This document shows, piece after piece, positions 49,975 through 60,370 of a stretch of 64,000 bases of DNA (positions are counted from its first letter, which is position 1; every line of letters begins with the position of its first letter). The stretch covers positions 1 through 64,000 of the forward strand of contig CAVTHK010000001.1 of NCBI GenBank assembly GCA_963734495.1, in the 5' to 3' direction. The position numbers and the translations under genes are program-made. The notes below the pieces were generated by a model. It was not told the DNA's origin, did no database searches, and saw only the letters and a list, made by a program, of their open reading frames with translations. The DNA is from an uncultured Spirochaetota bacterium (GTDB lineage Bacteria > Spirochaetota > Spirochaetia > SZUA-6 > CAVTHK01).

Positions 49975-50937
49975 ATGAGAGCCGTCAACGCATCGTCCCG
50001 ACCCGGCCGCGCCGCGGGCGCGCCGGCCCGCTGGCTCGCCTGGCTCGGGCGCGACCTCGCGCGCAACCGCACGGTCTACCTCCTCGCGCTGCCGATGGTG
50101 CTGTACTACCTGCTGTTCCACTACCAGCCGATGTACGGCGCGATCATCGCGTTCAAGGACTTCGCGCCCGGCCGCGGGATCTGGGGCAGCCCCTGGGTCG
50201 GGATCGAGCATTTTCAGAGCTTCTTCCGCAGCATCTACTTCGTGCGCGTCGTGCGCAACACGGTCCTGCTGAGCGTGCTCAACCTCGTCTTCGGCTTCCC
50301 GGCGCCGATCCTCCTCGCGCTCCTGCTGAACGAGGTCCGCAACCGCGCCTTCAAGCGCACGGTGCAGACCGTGAGCTACCTCCCGCACTTCGTGTCGATC
50401 ATGGTGATCTGCGGGATGATCATCGACTTCACGTCGCGCGACGGGCTGGTCAACGACATCGTCGCCTTCCTCGGCGGCGAGCGGGTCACGATGCTGCTCA
50501 AGCAGGAGCTGTTCCGGCCGCTCTACGTGACCACGGAGATCTGGCAGCGGGTGGGATGGCAGTCCATCATCTACCTGGCCGCGCTCACCTCCATCGACCC
50601 GCAGCTCTACGAGGCGGCGACCATCGACGGCGCCGGGCGCCTGCGCCAGACCTGGAGCATCACTTTGCCCGGGCTCCTGCCGACGATCGTGATCATGCTC
50701 ATTCTGCGCATCGGACAGATGATGAACATCGGCTTCGAGAAGATCATCCTGCTCTACAACCCGACGATCTACGAGACCTCGGACGTGATCTCCTCGTACG
50801 TCTACCGCAAGGGGCTGCTGGACTTCAGCTTTTCGTTCTCGACGGCGGTCGGGCTGTTCGACTCGGCCATCAACTTCGGGCTGCTGATCTCGGCGAACGC
50901 CCTGAGCCGGCGGGTCAACGAGACGAGCCTCTGGTAG
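49975..50937 (+). CDS. sugar ABC permease
   Basis: SYLPHFVS; LYEAATIDGA EAA motif. Confidence 0.92.
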   Translation: MRAVNASSRPGRAAGAPARWLAWLGRDLARNRTVYLLALPMVLYYLLFHYQPMYGAIIAFKDFAPGRGIWGSPWVGIEHFQSFFRSIYFVRVVRNTVLLSVLNLVFGFPAPILLALLLNEVRNRAFKRTVQTVSYLPHFVSIMVICGMIIDFTSRDGLVNDIVAFLGGERVTMLLKQELFRPLYVTTEIWQRVGWQSIIYLAALTSIDPQLYEAATIDGAGRLRQTWSITLPGLLPTIVIMLILRIGQMMNIGFEKIILLYNPTIYETSDVISSYVYRKGLLDFSFSFSTAVGLFDSAINFGLLISANALSRRVNETSLW

Positions 50938-50945
50938 GAGGACGA

Positions 50946-51824
50946 ATGCCCGCCCCCACCGCCGCCCAGCGCGCCTTTACCGTGGTCAACGCCGTCGCGA
51001 TGGTCCTGCTGATGGTGGCCACCGTCTACCCGTTCGTCCACGTGGCCGCCAGCTCGCTCAGCCTCCCATCGCGGCTGATCAGCCACCAGGGTCCGGTGAT
51101 CTGGCCGCTCGGCTTTACAACGGGTGCCTACAAGATGGTGCTCGAGAATCCGATGATCGTGACAGGCTACGGCAACACGCTCGTCTACGTCCTCGCGGGG
51201 ACCGCGGTCAACATGATCGTCACCTGCACCGGCGCGTACGTGCTCTCGCGCCGCGGGCTCGGCCTGCGCAACGTGCTGATGTTCATGGCGGTCTTTACCA
51301 TGTTCTTCTCCGGCGGCCTCATCCCGTACTACCTGCAGGTCAAACGGCTCGGGCTGGCGGACACGCGGTGGTCGCTGATCTTTCCGCCGGCGCTGAACAC
51401 CTTCAACCTGATCGTGATGAGGACCTACTTCCTCGGGCAGCCCGAAAGCCTGGAGGAGTCGGCGCGCATCGACGGCGCCGGCGACCTCACGATCCTCCTG
51501 CGCATCGTGCTGCCGCTGGCCATGCCGGTCGTGGCGGTGATGGTGCTCTTTTACGGCGTCGCGCACTGGAACTCGTGGTTCAACGCCATGATCTTCCTTC
51601 GCACCCGCGACCTCTACCCGCTGCAGCTCGTGCTGCGCGAGATCCTGATCGCGAGCAGCACCTACGACATGACCACCGAGGTCTCCGGGACGGACAAGGA
51701 GCTCGTCGGCGAGACGGTCAAGTATGCGACGATCATGGTCGCGACCCTGCCCATCCTCTTCGTCTACCCCTTCCTGCAGCGCTACTTCGTGCAGGGCATG
51801 ATGATCGGCGCGCTCAAAGGCTGA
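50946..51824 (+). CDS. sugar ABC permease
   Basis: FSGGLIPYY, LEESARIDGA, YPFLQRYFVQG. Confidence 0.92.
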   Translation: MPAPTAAQRAFTVVNAVAMVLLMVATVYPFVHVAASSLSLPSRLISHQGPVIWPLGFTTGAYKMVLENPMIVTGYGNTLVYVLAGTAVNMIVTCTGAYVLSRRGLGLRNVLMFMAVFTMFFSGGLIPYYLQVKRLGLADTRWSLIFPPALNTFNLIVMRTYFLGQPESLEESARIDGAGDLTILLRIVLPLAMPVVAVMVLFYGVAHWNSWFNAMIFLRTRDLYPLQLVLREILIASSTYDMTTEVSGTDKELVGETVKYATIMVATLPILFVYPFLQRYFVQGMMIGALKG

Positions 51825-51888
51825 GGGTCAACGCCGCGACGCCGTAGACGCCGTTGACGCCGCGCCCGGGGGCGCCTAGACTCGGGGC

Positions 51889-52728
51889 GTGAGGCACGGT
51901 ATGCGCGGGGGGACACGTGCTCGCCTGCACTTCCGGCGCGGCGCGGCTGTCGCGTCGGCGCTGCTGGCGCTGGCGGCTTGCGCCACGCAGCAGGCGCGCG
52001 ACCCGGGCGTGGTCGCGGTCAAGCCGGTGACCGGCCTCAAGGTGCCCGAGGAGAGCAGGAAGGTCATCTCGGTGATGAAGTTCGACGATCGCACCACCGA
52101 GAGCGGCCAGTACCGCGCGTGGGAGCTGGGCATCCCCGACATGATCATGGAGGCCCTCGGCGCGATCCCTTACTACAAGGTGATCTCCCGCGACTCCCTG
52201 GTCGAAAAGGTGCTCGAGGAGCAGCAGTTCCAGCTCGCCGGCGTGACCGACGCCGCCACGGCGGTCAAGGTGGGCGGGCTCCTGAACGCGCAGCTCATCG
52301 TCGTCGGCTCCTATCTCGTGCTTGGCGACAAGCTGCAGATCAACGCGAAGGTGCTGGACGTCCAGAGCGGCGAGATCGTCGCACAGGCAAGCTCCGATGG
52401 CCCGGTCGGCAGCTTCTACACCCTGCACAACGACATCGCCATCCGGATCACCCAGGCGTTGAACCTCGAGCTCGATGAGAGCGCGAGAGAAAAGCTGCGC
52501 GAGCGCCGCGACACGACGGTCGTCGCCGCGTCCCTTGCGAACTACGAGGGGCAGGACAGGATCGAACAGATGAAGGCGCTCGAGCAGCAGAAGCGCGCGG
52601 CCGACGCGGCCAGGGCCAGGGAAGAGGCCCGGAAGCTGTTCGAGACGGCTGTCCAGTACGACTCGAAGTACGAGAAGGCGAAAAAGAACCTCGCGAGGCT
52701 CAGCCTCGCGATCCCGATGACGCTATAG
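51889..52728 (+). CDS. CsgG/TolB-N-like lipoprotein
   Basis: LAAC lipobox; VISVMKF...AVKVGGLLNAQLIVVGSY...KVLDVQSGEI. Confidence 0.75.
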   Translation: MRHGMRGGTRARLHFRRGAAVASALLALAACATQQARDPGVVAVKPVTGLKVPEESRKVISVMKFDDRTTESGQYRAWELGIPDMIMEALGAIPYYKVISRDSLVEKVLEEQQFQLAGVTDAATAVKVGGLLNAQLIVVGSYLVLGDKLQINAKVLDVQSGEIVAQASSDGPVGSFYTLHNDIAIRITQALNLELDESAREKLRERRDTTVVAASLANYEGQDRIEQMKALEQQKRAADAARAREEARKLFETAVQYDSKYEKAKKNLARLSLAIPMTL

Positions 52729-52859
52729 GAGCCTGTCGGACTTTCGGCAGGCCTTCGCTCGCGCCGCTGCCGGTTGTCTGGCTGCGGCGGACCGCGGCCG
52801 GACTGGCGCGCGGCTGCGGGGCCCGCGGCGGCCCGGGGGACGAGCCCGGAAGGCGCCCG

Positions 52860-53657
52860 TTACCGGTGCAGGTAGACCACCGCCAGCACCGGACCGTGCG
52901 CCTGGTCGTCGACGCCGAACTCCATGCCGTTGCTCTTGGTCGTGATGTGGAGCCATTCGTATCGATATCCCGCCTGGACGAACAGCCGTTCGAACGCGAG
53001 GTAGTTCAGCGTGGCCTCCGCCGCAAGACCCCAGGGGTTCCGGACGCTGCCCGGGTCCTGACGCTGGCCCGACTTGTTGTCGATCAGGTCGATCGTGTAG
53101 AACGCGTAGCGGCCTCCGGCCTGCCCGCTGACGGACAGTTGCTCGGTCAGCGGGTAGCTGAACCCGGCGCCCAGCACGGGGATCACGGCCGTCACGGGCT
53201 GACTGAACCAGCTCGCCGTCGGACTGTAGTCAACGAAGATGTCGAACGACGACTGCATGTACTTGCACCCGGCGTAGAGCTTGAGGTAGCTCGACACGCT
53301 GTACGTGAAGGCCAGGTCGACGTCCGTACGCTTGAGGCGGGTGAAGATCTTCATCGGGAGGCCCAATAAATCGGCGCTGGCGTTCTGATCGAAATTGCTG
53401 ACGAGCATCATGGCGAGGCTCAAGGACCATCGGCCCGAAGGCGCCTGGTACCCGTAGACCGGCCCCATCAGAAAGCCCGTTCCCGTCGGCGCGTCTGCCT
53501 CGAACCCCTGCTCCTCCAGCGTCTGCTTGAGGTTGTCCATGACGACCGAGTCCCAGAACGTCCACCAGACCTTGACGCCCTGGTAGAAGGTGCCGGTCTC
53601 GGCTTCGAGGCCGAAGATGCTCGCGACGAGGAACACACCCAGCAGCGCACGCCTCAT
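52860..53657 (-). CDS. putative outer-membrane beta-barrel protein
   Basis: Signal peptide; alternating aromatic beta strands. Confidence 0.6.
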   Translation of the reverse strand: MRRALLGVFLVASIFGLEAETGTFYQGVKVWWTFWDSVVMDNLKQTLEEQGFEADAPTGTGFLMGPVYGYQAPSGRWSLSLAMMLVSNFDQNASADLLGLPMKIFTRLKRTDVDLAFTYSVSSYLKLYAGCKYMQSSFDIFVDYSPTASWFSQPVTAVIPVLGAGFSYPLTEQLSVSGQAGGRYAFYTIDLIDNKSGQRQDPGSVRNPWGLAAEATLNYLAFERLFVQAGYRYEWLHITTKSNGMEFGVDDQAHGPVLAVVYLHR

Positions 53658-53755
53658 GCCGACGCCTCCCCGACGATCGGCTTTCAGTATAGGTCGAGCT
53701 CCCGCGCGGTCAAGCAAGCATCGCGCGTCCCGTCGCGTCGCGCGTCCGCCCTGGC

Positions 53756-56329
53756 TCAGCGCGCCTCTGCCGGCTCCAGCCTCAGCTCGCCGCGCGCCAT
53801 GCGCCGCAGGCTCTCCGCACCCCAGCCGGCGGCGTGATAGGTATGCCTGCGCCACGGCGTCATGAAGTCGCTGTAGTGCCGGCTGGCGGGATGCCCGCTC
53901 TGCCCCGGCACGTGGACCCAGAGCGACCGGTCCAGGTCGCCGAGGTCGATGATCTCGCGCAGCATCGCGATGTGGATCACGTCGAAAGGCTTGTCCGGGC
54001 TCCAGGCCGAGACGCTCAGCTCGCTCAGCCCTCCGCCGACGGGTACGGCCCTGTTGAACAGGGCCTCCACCGGCTTGATGCCCGAGGAGCCGAGGGTCGC
54101 GCTGCGGAACGTCGCCTTGTGCAGCTTGCGCCACTGCCAGCGCCGCTCATCCTTGCCCAGCCTTTTCGTGGCGAGCTGGTAGCCCTTGCGGAAGGCGCGG
54201 CCGAGCATGTCGTCGCGTCGCTCGCGGACGCTCGGGGTGCGGTTGTCGTCCCACCAGGCGTTCGTCTCGTCCTTGAGCAGGAACCAGAAGTCGTTCTTGA
54301 GCCGGCTGCGGTCGGTCGCGGGCCAGCGCGACTCCGGGTACTGGTCGCGGAAGACCTCTTCGATGAGCTTCTGGAAGACGCAGGCAAAGAGGGCCGCGTC
54401 GCCGCTCTCCTCGGCCATCCTGCCGTCCCAGGCGAGGAGCCGCTCCCGCGCCTTGTGCATCGCCGCGATCTCCCTGCCGTCGGCCTCCGCGGCCTTGCGC
54501 CGCTTTGCCTCCGAGAGATCCTTGCGATCCTCCTCGCGCTGTTTGAGCTCGACGGCGTCGGGCTCCAGGCTCACCGGGCGGAAGTACGGCAGGACTTCGA
54601 GCGCCCACGTGTCCAGCACGTCGGCCTGCATGCCCTTCATGTCGTCGACCGAGAAAGCGCCGCCCTTGGCCTGGATGAGCTGGACGATGCGGCGCGCGCG
54701 GTAGCCGTAGTCCGCTTCCGAATCGATCGGGTAGCGGTATTCGGGCGCGGCAACCGCGTTGTTCGCCGAGACGATGTAGCCCTTGGCCGGATTGTAGGTG
54801 CGGGGCAGCGTGTCGAAGGGGATCATGCCGGACCAGTCGTAGGTGTCCACCCAGCCCGGCACCGGGGTGCGGCCGTCGCCGCGGGGCCTGATCGGGTAGC
54901 GGGCCACGACCTGGAAGCCAATGTTGCCATCGATGTCCGCATAGGAAAAGCTCTGCGTCGGGCCGTCCCAGGTGGAGAGCGCCCGGCGGAACTCCTCGAA
55001 GTTGCGCGCGCGGTCGAGGCGGAGCGCGGCCGCGACGGCGCCTCCCGGCGCGAGGCCCGGCCACCGCAGCGCCACTGCGGTCATGGTCATGCCCTGCGGC
55101 GGGACCTTGTCCGGACGCAGCTCGTAGCCCTGCAGCACGTCGTAGGACCCGTGGTCGCTGATGATCGGCCCGTGCCTCGTGGAGCGGACGCGCAGGACGT
55201 AGGGCTCCGTCTCCTTGCGGATCTTGATCGTCTCGTAGGCGACATCCATGTCGACCCAGCGCCCGTTGTGCTCGTACTGGTCCGGGTTCTCCGGGTTCAC
55301 CCGTTCCATGTACAGGTCCTGGACGTCGCCCGCGCAGACCGTCAGACCCCAGGCGATCCGCTCATTGTGCCCGATGACGACTCCCGGGACGCCCGGCAGC
55401 GAGAACCCGCGCACCGTGAAGCGGTCGGACTCGGCGGGGGCGTCGCACTTCAGCTGCACCTCGTACCAGAGCGACGGCATCGAGATCGGAAGGTGCACGT
55501 CGTTGGCGAGGATCGGTTTGCCTGAGCTCGTAAGCCTGCCTGACAGCACCCAGCAGTTGGAGCCCAGCCCGCCAGGGTCGCCCGCGGGCGCGGCGCCGGG
55601 CGCGCGGCGCGCAAGGGGCGTTCCGCGCAGCTCCGCCGGCAGCTCGCTCGCCGCGACCACGACCGGCATCTCCGGCCGCAGCGGCGAGAAGAAGTCCGCT
55701 GCGGCGCGCAGCCCCGCGGAGCGGATGAGCGCAAGGTGCAGCCGCTCGATCGCCTTGTAGCCGGCCAGGCTGTCGTTCATGATCTTCGACCAGACGATGG
55801 TGTCAGGGCCGGTCCAGGGCCTGACCTTCGCCTTGACCCCCTGCAGCCGCAGCAGGGCGAACTCGAGAGCCAGGCGGGAGGGCGGCCGGCGCGATATCCA
55901 GGCGTTGACGCCGGCGGCGTACGCATCGACCTCGCGCCTGGTTCCCGCGTCGAGAGTCTCGTACTCCCGCGTCGCGGTTCGCCGGAAGCCCATGGTCCGC
56001 AGGTAGATGTCGGTCTCCTTGAGCTTCGCGCCGAAGAGCTCGCTGAGCTCCCCGTTGCCAGTGCGCCGGTTCATCTCCATCTGCCAGAAACGGTCCTGGG
56101 CGTGCGCGTAGCCCTGAGCGAAAAAGAGATCCTCGGCCGACTTCGCGGTGATGTGAGGCACGCCGTAACGGTCCCTCACGATCGTCGCACCGGAGCCTAT
56201 TCCGCTCACCTTGACCCGGCCGCGGGTCGCCGGCAGCGGAGCCATCCAGAACCATAGGCTGATTCCTGCGACGAGCAGCAGCACGACGAGCAACGTCAGT
56301 CCTACGATTCGGCCGACAGTTCGTTTCAT
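53756..56329 (-). CDS. penicillin acylase-family Ntn hydrolase
   Basis: RDRYGVPHI, GYAHAQDRFWQM, GSNCW nucleophile, ILANDVHL, PGQSGHP. Confidence 0.93.
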   Translation of the reverse strand: MKRTVGRIVGLTLLVVLLLVAGISLWFWMAPLPATRGRVKVSGIGSGATIVRDRYGVPHITAKSAEDLFFAQGYAHAQDRFWQMEMNRRTGNGELSELFGAKLKETDIYLRTMGFRRTATREYETLDAGTRREVDAYAAGVNAWISRRPPSRLALEFALLRLQGVKAKVRPWTGPDTIVWSKIMNDSLAGYKAIERLHLALIRSAGLRAAADFFSPLRPEMPVVVAASELPAELRGTPLARRAPGAAPAGDPGGLGSNCWVLSGRLTSSGKPILANDVHLPISMPSLWYEVQLKCDAPAESDRFTVRGFSLPGVPGVVIGHNERIAWGLTVCAGDVQDLYMERVNPENPDQYEHNGRWVDMDVAYETIKIRKETEPYVLRVRSTRHGPIISDHGSYDVLQGYELRPDKVPPQGMTMTAVALRWPGLAPGGAVAAALRLDRARNFEEFRRALSTWDGPTQSFSYADIDGNIGFQVVARYPIRPRGDGRTPVPGWVDTYDWSGMIPFDTLPRTYNPAKGYIVSANNAVAAPEYRYPIDSEADYGYRARRIVQLIQAKGGAFSVDDMKGMQADVLDTWALEVLPYFRPVSLEPDAVELKQREEDRKDLSEAKRRKAAEADGREIAAMHKARERLLAWDGRMAEESGDAALFACVFQKLIEEVFRDQYPESRWPATDRSRLKNDFWFLLKDETNAWWDDNRTPSVRERRDDMLGRAFRKGYQLATKRLGKDERRWQWRKLHKATFRSATLGSSGIKPVEALFNRAVPVGGGLSELSVSAWSPDKPFDVIHIAMLREIIDLGDLDRSLWVHVPGQSGHPASRHYSDFMTPWRRHTYHAAGWGAESLRRMARGELRLEPAEAR

Positions 56330-56419
56330 GACTGTCCTCCTCCTCGTACTCGCGGACACGTGCGCGGGGGCGCGTTCGGCGGCCTGGTTGATCCGTTGTC
56401 GCACGGGTTCCAGCTCATG

Positions 56420-58177
56420 TCAATCTTGCGAGACCGCTGGCGCCGCGGGGCGCATCCGGTAGATCCAGACATCCTCCCCGGGTCCCATCACGATCTTCTC
56501 GAAGCGGACTCCCGGGAACGACCGCAGGTACTCCTCAGGGGCGAGGGTGGCGACCGCCTCGACCGTCGCCGAGGGGTCCTGCAGCAGGTAGAGCTGGTCG
56601 AGGACCGCCTTCTCCGGGTGCTCCGCGGAGGCGGTGAACACCGGCTCGCCGCTCGCAAGGCACCGGCGGAGCTCCTTCGCGACCCGCTTCGCTTCGACGT
56701 CCGTGAGCAGCGGGATGAAGAGCGAGTGGTACACGATATCCGTCCGCTCGTGCTTGATGTCCCGGTAGTAGTAGCGCAGGGGGTAGTCGGCGCGGCTGTC
56801 GGCGCTCAGGAAGTGCGCGCCCGCGGGCAGAAGCGCGAACAGCTTTTCCGCGTACCGGTCCACTCTGTCGTAGTGCCGCCGTTCCGGCCGCATCACGAAG
56901 TCGACCGCGTCGAACGTGCCCCTGGTCCACGCGACTTCGGGGTAGCTGTCGAAGTACCGCCGCACGATCCCGCCGTCCCTGTACCACGCCCCGATGCGCG
57001 GATAGACCCAGATCGGGAGCGCGAACGCGGGCAGGCACGCCAGCAGGATCGCCCGCCGGACTCTCCCTCCGCTGCGGAGCCATTCCACCGCGAGGGTGAG
57101 AGGCACCGCGAGCAGGACGAACACGGGAAGGGCAAACGCGTACATGTCCCAGATAAAGTAGTTCGCGGACCACGCGGCTTGCGCGAGGAGGCCGGCAGCG
57201 AAGAACACGAACGTGAGACGCCGGCTCCGCTGCCGGGCAAAGACGACAATCCCGAACCATGCGAGCGGCAAGGCGGGCGACGGGTAGTTCAGGACGTGCA
57301 GCACGAGGTAGTTGAGCCTCCAGAAGAGGATCCGGTCCGCGGGCATGCCACCGGAGAACATGTACTTCCTGAAGTAGCTGCCCGTGGCATCGTCCGCCGT
57401 CGCGGCGATCCCTCTCCAGAGCGCGGCGAGGCGCGAGCCGGGGGCGGCGCCGATCCTCGCGGCCGCATCGCGCGCGAAGACGAACAGGTAGAGGCCGAAC
57501 CCTGCCGCGAAACACAGGGCTGCGATCGCGAGGCGGGAAACAGCCGGTCGCCCGTCCTGGACCGCAACCGCAACGAGCAGAGCGCCAAAGGCGAATACAA
57601 ATAGCCCCATCAGCATGTGGTTGCTGCAGCCCAGACCGAAGAAAAGGAAGGCCGCAAACAGGAAGCACGGCCTGCGCGTCCTGTCGAAGCGCACCACGAA
57701 GTAGAGAAACACCGCCATCAACGCCGTGTTCAGCGTGTAGACCTCCACGGTCGTCGAGTGCCACCACAGCGACTGCGAGATCATCAGCACCAGGGCGCCT
57801 GTGCCGGCGCTGAGCGGGCTGGAGGTGAGCTCCAGGCCGGTCAGGTACACGAAGTGCACCGTGACGGCGCCCAGCAGGGCGGAGAGCACGACGACGGCGA
57901 AGTGCACGTTCGCCGGCCGGAGGACCGCGAGCCAGAGATGGCCGAGCAGGTGGAACAGGTTGTGGGTGTTGACCCACGAGTTCAGCTCGAGGTCGACGAC
58001 ATTCGAGACGATCATCGTGGCGTCGAGCCAGCAGGGCGTGCGGCAGGCGGTCGCAACGTAGAACGCCGCCGGAATGACCCAGAACGCCAGGCGCGACGCG
58101 CGACCCGCCGCCGGACCCAGACGCCGCAGTCGAGACAGCACGCCTTCTCCCGTAAAGCCCCTCATCGCTCCGTTCAT
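56420..58177 (-). CDS. multi-TM GT-C/DUF2723-like membrane glycosyltransferase
   Basis: Multiple TM helices; WWHSTTVEVYTLN, GLGCSNH. Confidence 0.7.
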   Translation of the reverse strand: MNGAMRGFTGEGVLSRLRRLGPAAGRASRLAFWVIPAAFYVATACRTPCWLDATMIVSNVVDLELNSWVNTHNLFHLLGHLWLAVLRPANVHFAVVVLSALLGAVTVHFVYLTGLELTSSPLSAGTGALVLMISQSLWWHSTTVEVYTLNTALMAVFLYFVVRFDRTRRPCFLFAAFLFFGLGCSNHMLMGLFVFAFGALLVAVAVQDGRPAVSRLAIAALCFAAGFGLYLFVFARDAAARIGAAPGSRLAALWRGIAATADDATGSYFRKYMFSGGMPADRILFWRLNYLVLHVLNYPSPALPLAWFGIVVFARQRSRRLTFVFFAAGLLAQAAWSANYFIWDMYAFALPVFVLLAVPLTLAVEWLRSGGRVRRAILLACLPAFALPIWVYPRIGAWYRDGGIVRRYFDSYPEVAWTRGTFDAVDFVMRPERRHYDRVDRYAEKLFALLPAGAHFLSADSRADYPLRYYYRDIKHERTDIVYHSLFIPLLTDVEAKRVAKELRRCLASGEPVFTASAEHPEKAVLDQLYLLQDPSATVEAVATLAPEEYLRSFPGVRFEKIVMGPGEDVWIYRMRPAAPAVSQD

Positions 58178-59064
58178 CGAGATCCTCCGCAGGATGCGGC
58201 CCAGAAGAGCAGGACGACCACGCTGACGGTCCAGAACAGCACGTCCAGCGCGATCGGCCGGTCCTTCATGAGCGCTTCGGCAAGATCAGACTCCACGTCT
58301 CCCCGGTAGGCCAGGTAGAGGTAGCGGAACACGCCGAACACGACAAAGGGGATCGTGGCCGCGAATCGCTCCGACCCCAGCTCCCGCATGTTCTCCGACA
58401 GGAGCACGTACAGCACGTAGGTCATGATGGTCAGCGAGGCCGTGACGATGAGCAGGCAGTTGAGCAGCTCGCCGCTGAGTTGCTCGAGCACGGCCCGGTG
58501 CTCCTTGCACCCGTTGGTCGCGATCATCTCGCCCCGCCTCTTGCTGAAGCCGAGGAAGAGCGAGAGGAAATACGTGGTGAGGAGCATCCAGCTCGAGAGC
58601 GCGACGCCCGCGGCGGCCGCCCCCGCGGCGATCCGCAGCAGGAAGCCCACGGCGACGATCATCACGTCGACGAAGAGCTGCTTCTTCAGCAGCAGGCTGT
58701 AGACCAGGTTCATGGCGATGTAGGCGGCGACGACAAAGGCCGGGGCCGCGCCGAGCGACAGCGCCGCCGCAAGCGCGAGGATCGCGAGGACGACGGCGAG
58801 CGCGAGCGCCCCTTTGACCGGAACGGCGCCGCTGGCGACCGGCCGGTTCCTCTTCTGCGGATGAAACCGGTCGCGGACGCGGTCGGTGACGTCGTTGACG
58901 GCGTAGACGCACGATGCGGCGAGGCAGAACGCGACGAGCATCACGGCGGTCCTGCGGACGGGGCCGGGCGCGCAGAAGTTGAGCGAGAACGCGACCGGAG
59001 CGAGAACGAACGCGTTCTTGATCCAGTGCCTGATGCGCATCAGCCGGACGTAGTCCGCAAGCAT
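58174..59064 (-). CDS. UbiA-family polyprenyl-phosphate phosphoribosyltransferase
   Basis: RHWIKN, NDVTDRVRDRFHPQKRNRPVASG, SKRRGE. Confidence 0.9.
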   Translation of the reverse strand: MLADYVRLMRIRHWIKNAFVLAPVAFSLNFCAPGPVRRTAVMLVAFCLAASCVYAVNDVTDRVRDRFHPQKRNRPVASGAVPVKGALALAVVLAILALAAALSLGAAPAFVVAAYIAMNLVYSLLLKKQLFVDVMIVAVGFLLRIAAGAAAAGVALSSWMLLTTYFLSLFLGFSKRRGEMIATNGCKEHRAVLEQLSGELLNCLLIVTASLTIMTYVLYVLLSENMRELGSERFAATIPFVVFGVFRYLYLAYRGDVESDLAEALMKDRPIALDVLFWTVSVVVLLFWAASCGGSR

Positions 59065-59075
59065 CGCGCGCCCCC

Positions 59076-60113
59076 CTACATCAGCATCCGCACGAGCCGC
59101 AGGATGCCGTGCTTCCACGGCTCGCGGTGGGTCACGCCGCGACCGGTGGCCGCCCCGGCGCCGCTGCGGAGGTACCACTCGTAGTTGCGCAGCAGCGCCT
59201 GCCTGTTCGAGTACCGCGGGTCGAAGCCCAGCACGGAGCAGGCCTTCTCGATGCTCACGACGGAGTCCTTTGCGGCGGTTCTGTAGATCCAGCCGTAGAG
59301 CGGCGAGAGACGCAGCAGCTCCATGAGCCGCAGCGCGCTTGTCGCCAGCCGGCGCGGGGTCGCAACGATGCGTCCGCCCTTGCCGGCCGCGTCGAGGACC
59401 GACTGGAAATCCTCCGCGAGCGTCGCGAAGTCGCGCGCCCCGATGTTGAAAACATCGTTGACGCGCTCGCGCGGCAGCGTCAGGCAAAGGTGGATCGCCT
59501 GGCACAGGTCCTCGACGTCCAGGAGCTGGTACCGATTGCGGCCGCTGCCGATGACAGGAAAGCATCGCCCTTCGCTGGCCCAGCTGTAGAGCAGCTCGAA
59601 GGCTCCCAGCCTCTCGGGACCGATGAACGACTTGGGCCTGAGCACGCTGACGCACAGGCCCTTCTCGCGGAACCCGGCGCACAGGTCCTCGGCCTGGATC
59701 TTCGCCCGGCCGTAGACTCCGACGCCGGTCCGCCTGTCCGACTCGGAGATCGGGCAGCGATCGGGAACTCCGTAGACGGCCGTCGACGAGACAAAGACAA
59801 AGCGCTCCACGCCGCCGCGGTGTGCTTCTTCCAGAAGGATCCTCGTTCCCGTGACCTCGGTCGACAGGACGTCGTCCGCGCCGCACAGCGGAAGCGCGGC
59901 CGCCGCGTGCACGAGCAGGTCGGTCCCGGGGATCAGCGCGCTCACGAGCTCCCTGTCGCGGATGTCGCCGCTCACGAACCGGATGAGCTCTCTTTCCGGG
60001 TAGTCGAGCTCCGCCCGGTCGAGCGCCGTGATCGGCCCGCACCCTCTTGCGAGCAGATAGCGCACGAGATTGATCCCGAGAAAGCCCGCGCCTCCGGTTA
60101 TCAGCACGCTCAT
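59076..60113 (-). CDS. NAD-dependent epimerase/dehydratase
   Basis: ITGGAGFLG, SSTAVYG, YGRAK. Confidence 0.92.
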   Translation of the reverse strand: MSVLITGGAGFLGINLVRYLLARGCGPITALDRAELDYPERELIRFVSGDIRDRELVSALIPGTDLLVHAAAALPLCGADDVLSTEVTGTRILLEEAHRGGVERFVFVSSTAVYGVPDRCPISESDRRTGVGVYGRAKIQAEDLCAGFREKGLCVSVLRPKSFIGPERLGAFELLYSWASEGRCFPVIGSGRNRYQLLDVEDLCQAIHLCLTLPRERVNDVFNIGARDFATLAEDFQSVLDAAGKGGRIVATPRRLATSALRLMELLRLSPLYGWIYRTAAKDSVVSIEKACSVLGFDPRYSNRQALLRNYEWYLRSGAGAATGRGVTHREPWKHGILRLVRMLM

Positions 60114-60370
60114 GTCGCACCCCCGCTCTCTGCATGAGAGCAAGGCTCGTGCCAATCCTGTTTTCGGACGCCTAGCTAACTCACACCGGTATAATGAGTT
60201 AAGTTGAAGGCAACCATCCCGCCTTCGCGACCGGTATCAAAGGACGGCGCTCGTTCGGAGCGCGTCTGCTGTCCTTCTCGTTGTCGTGCAACGAGTTGGC
60301 GACGCGCGACGCGCCCGGCGGAACGACGGACGTTGAGCACGGTGGGTTGCCCCGCCGCCGCTCGCGCGGC

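Noticed and set aside
19948-50388. Long antisense or alternate-frame ORFs (e.g. 19948-22608, 40493-42628, 48211-50388)
   Set aside because: Shadow ORFs of high-GC coding sequence with no recognisable motifs.
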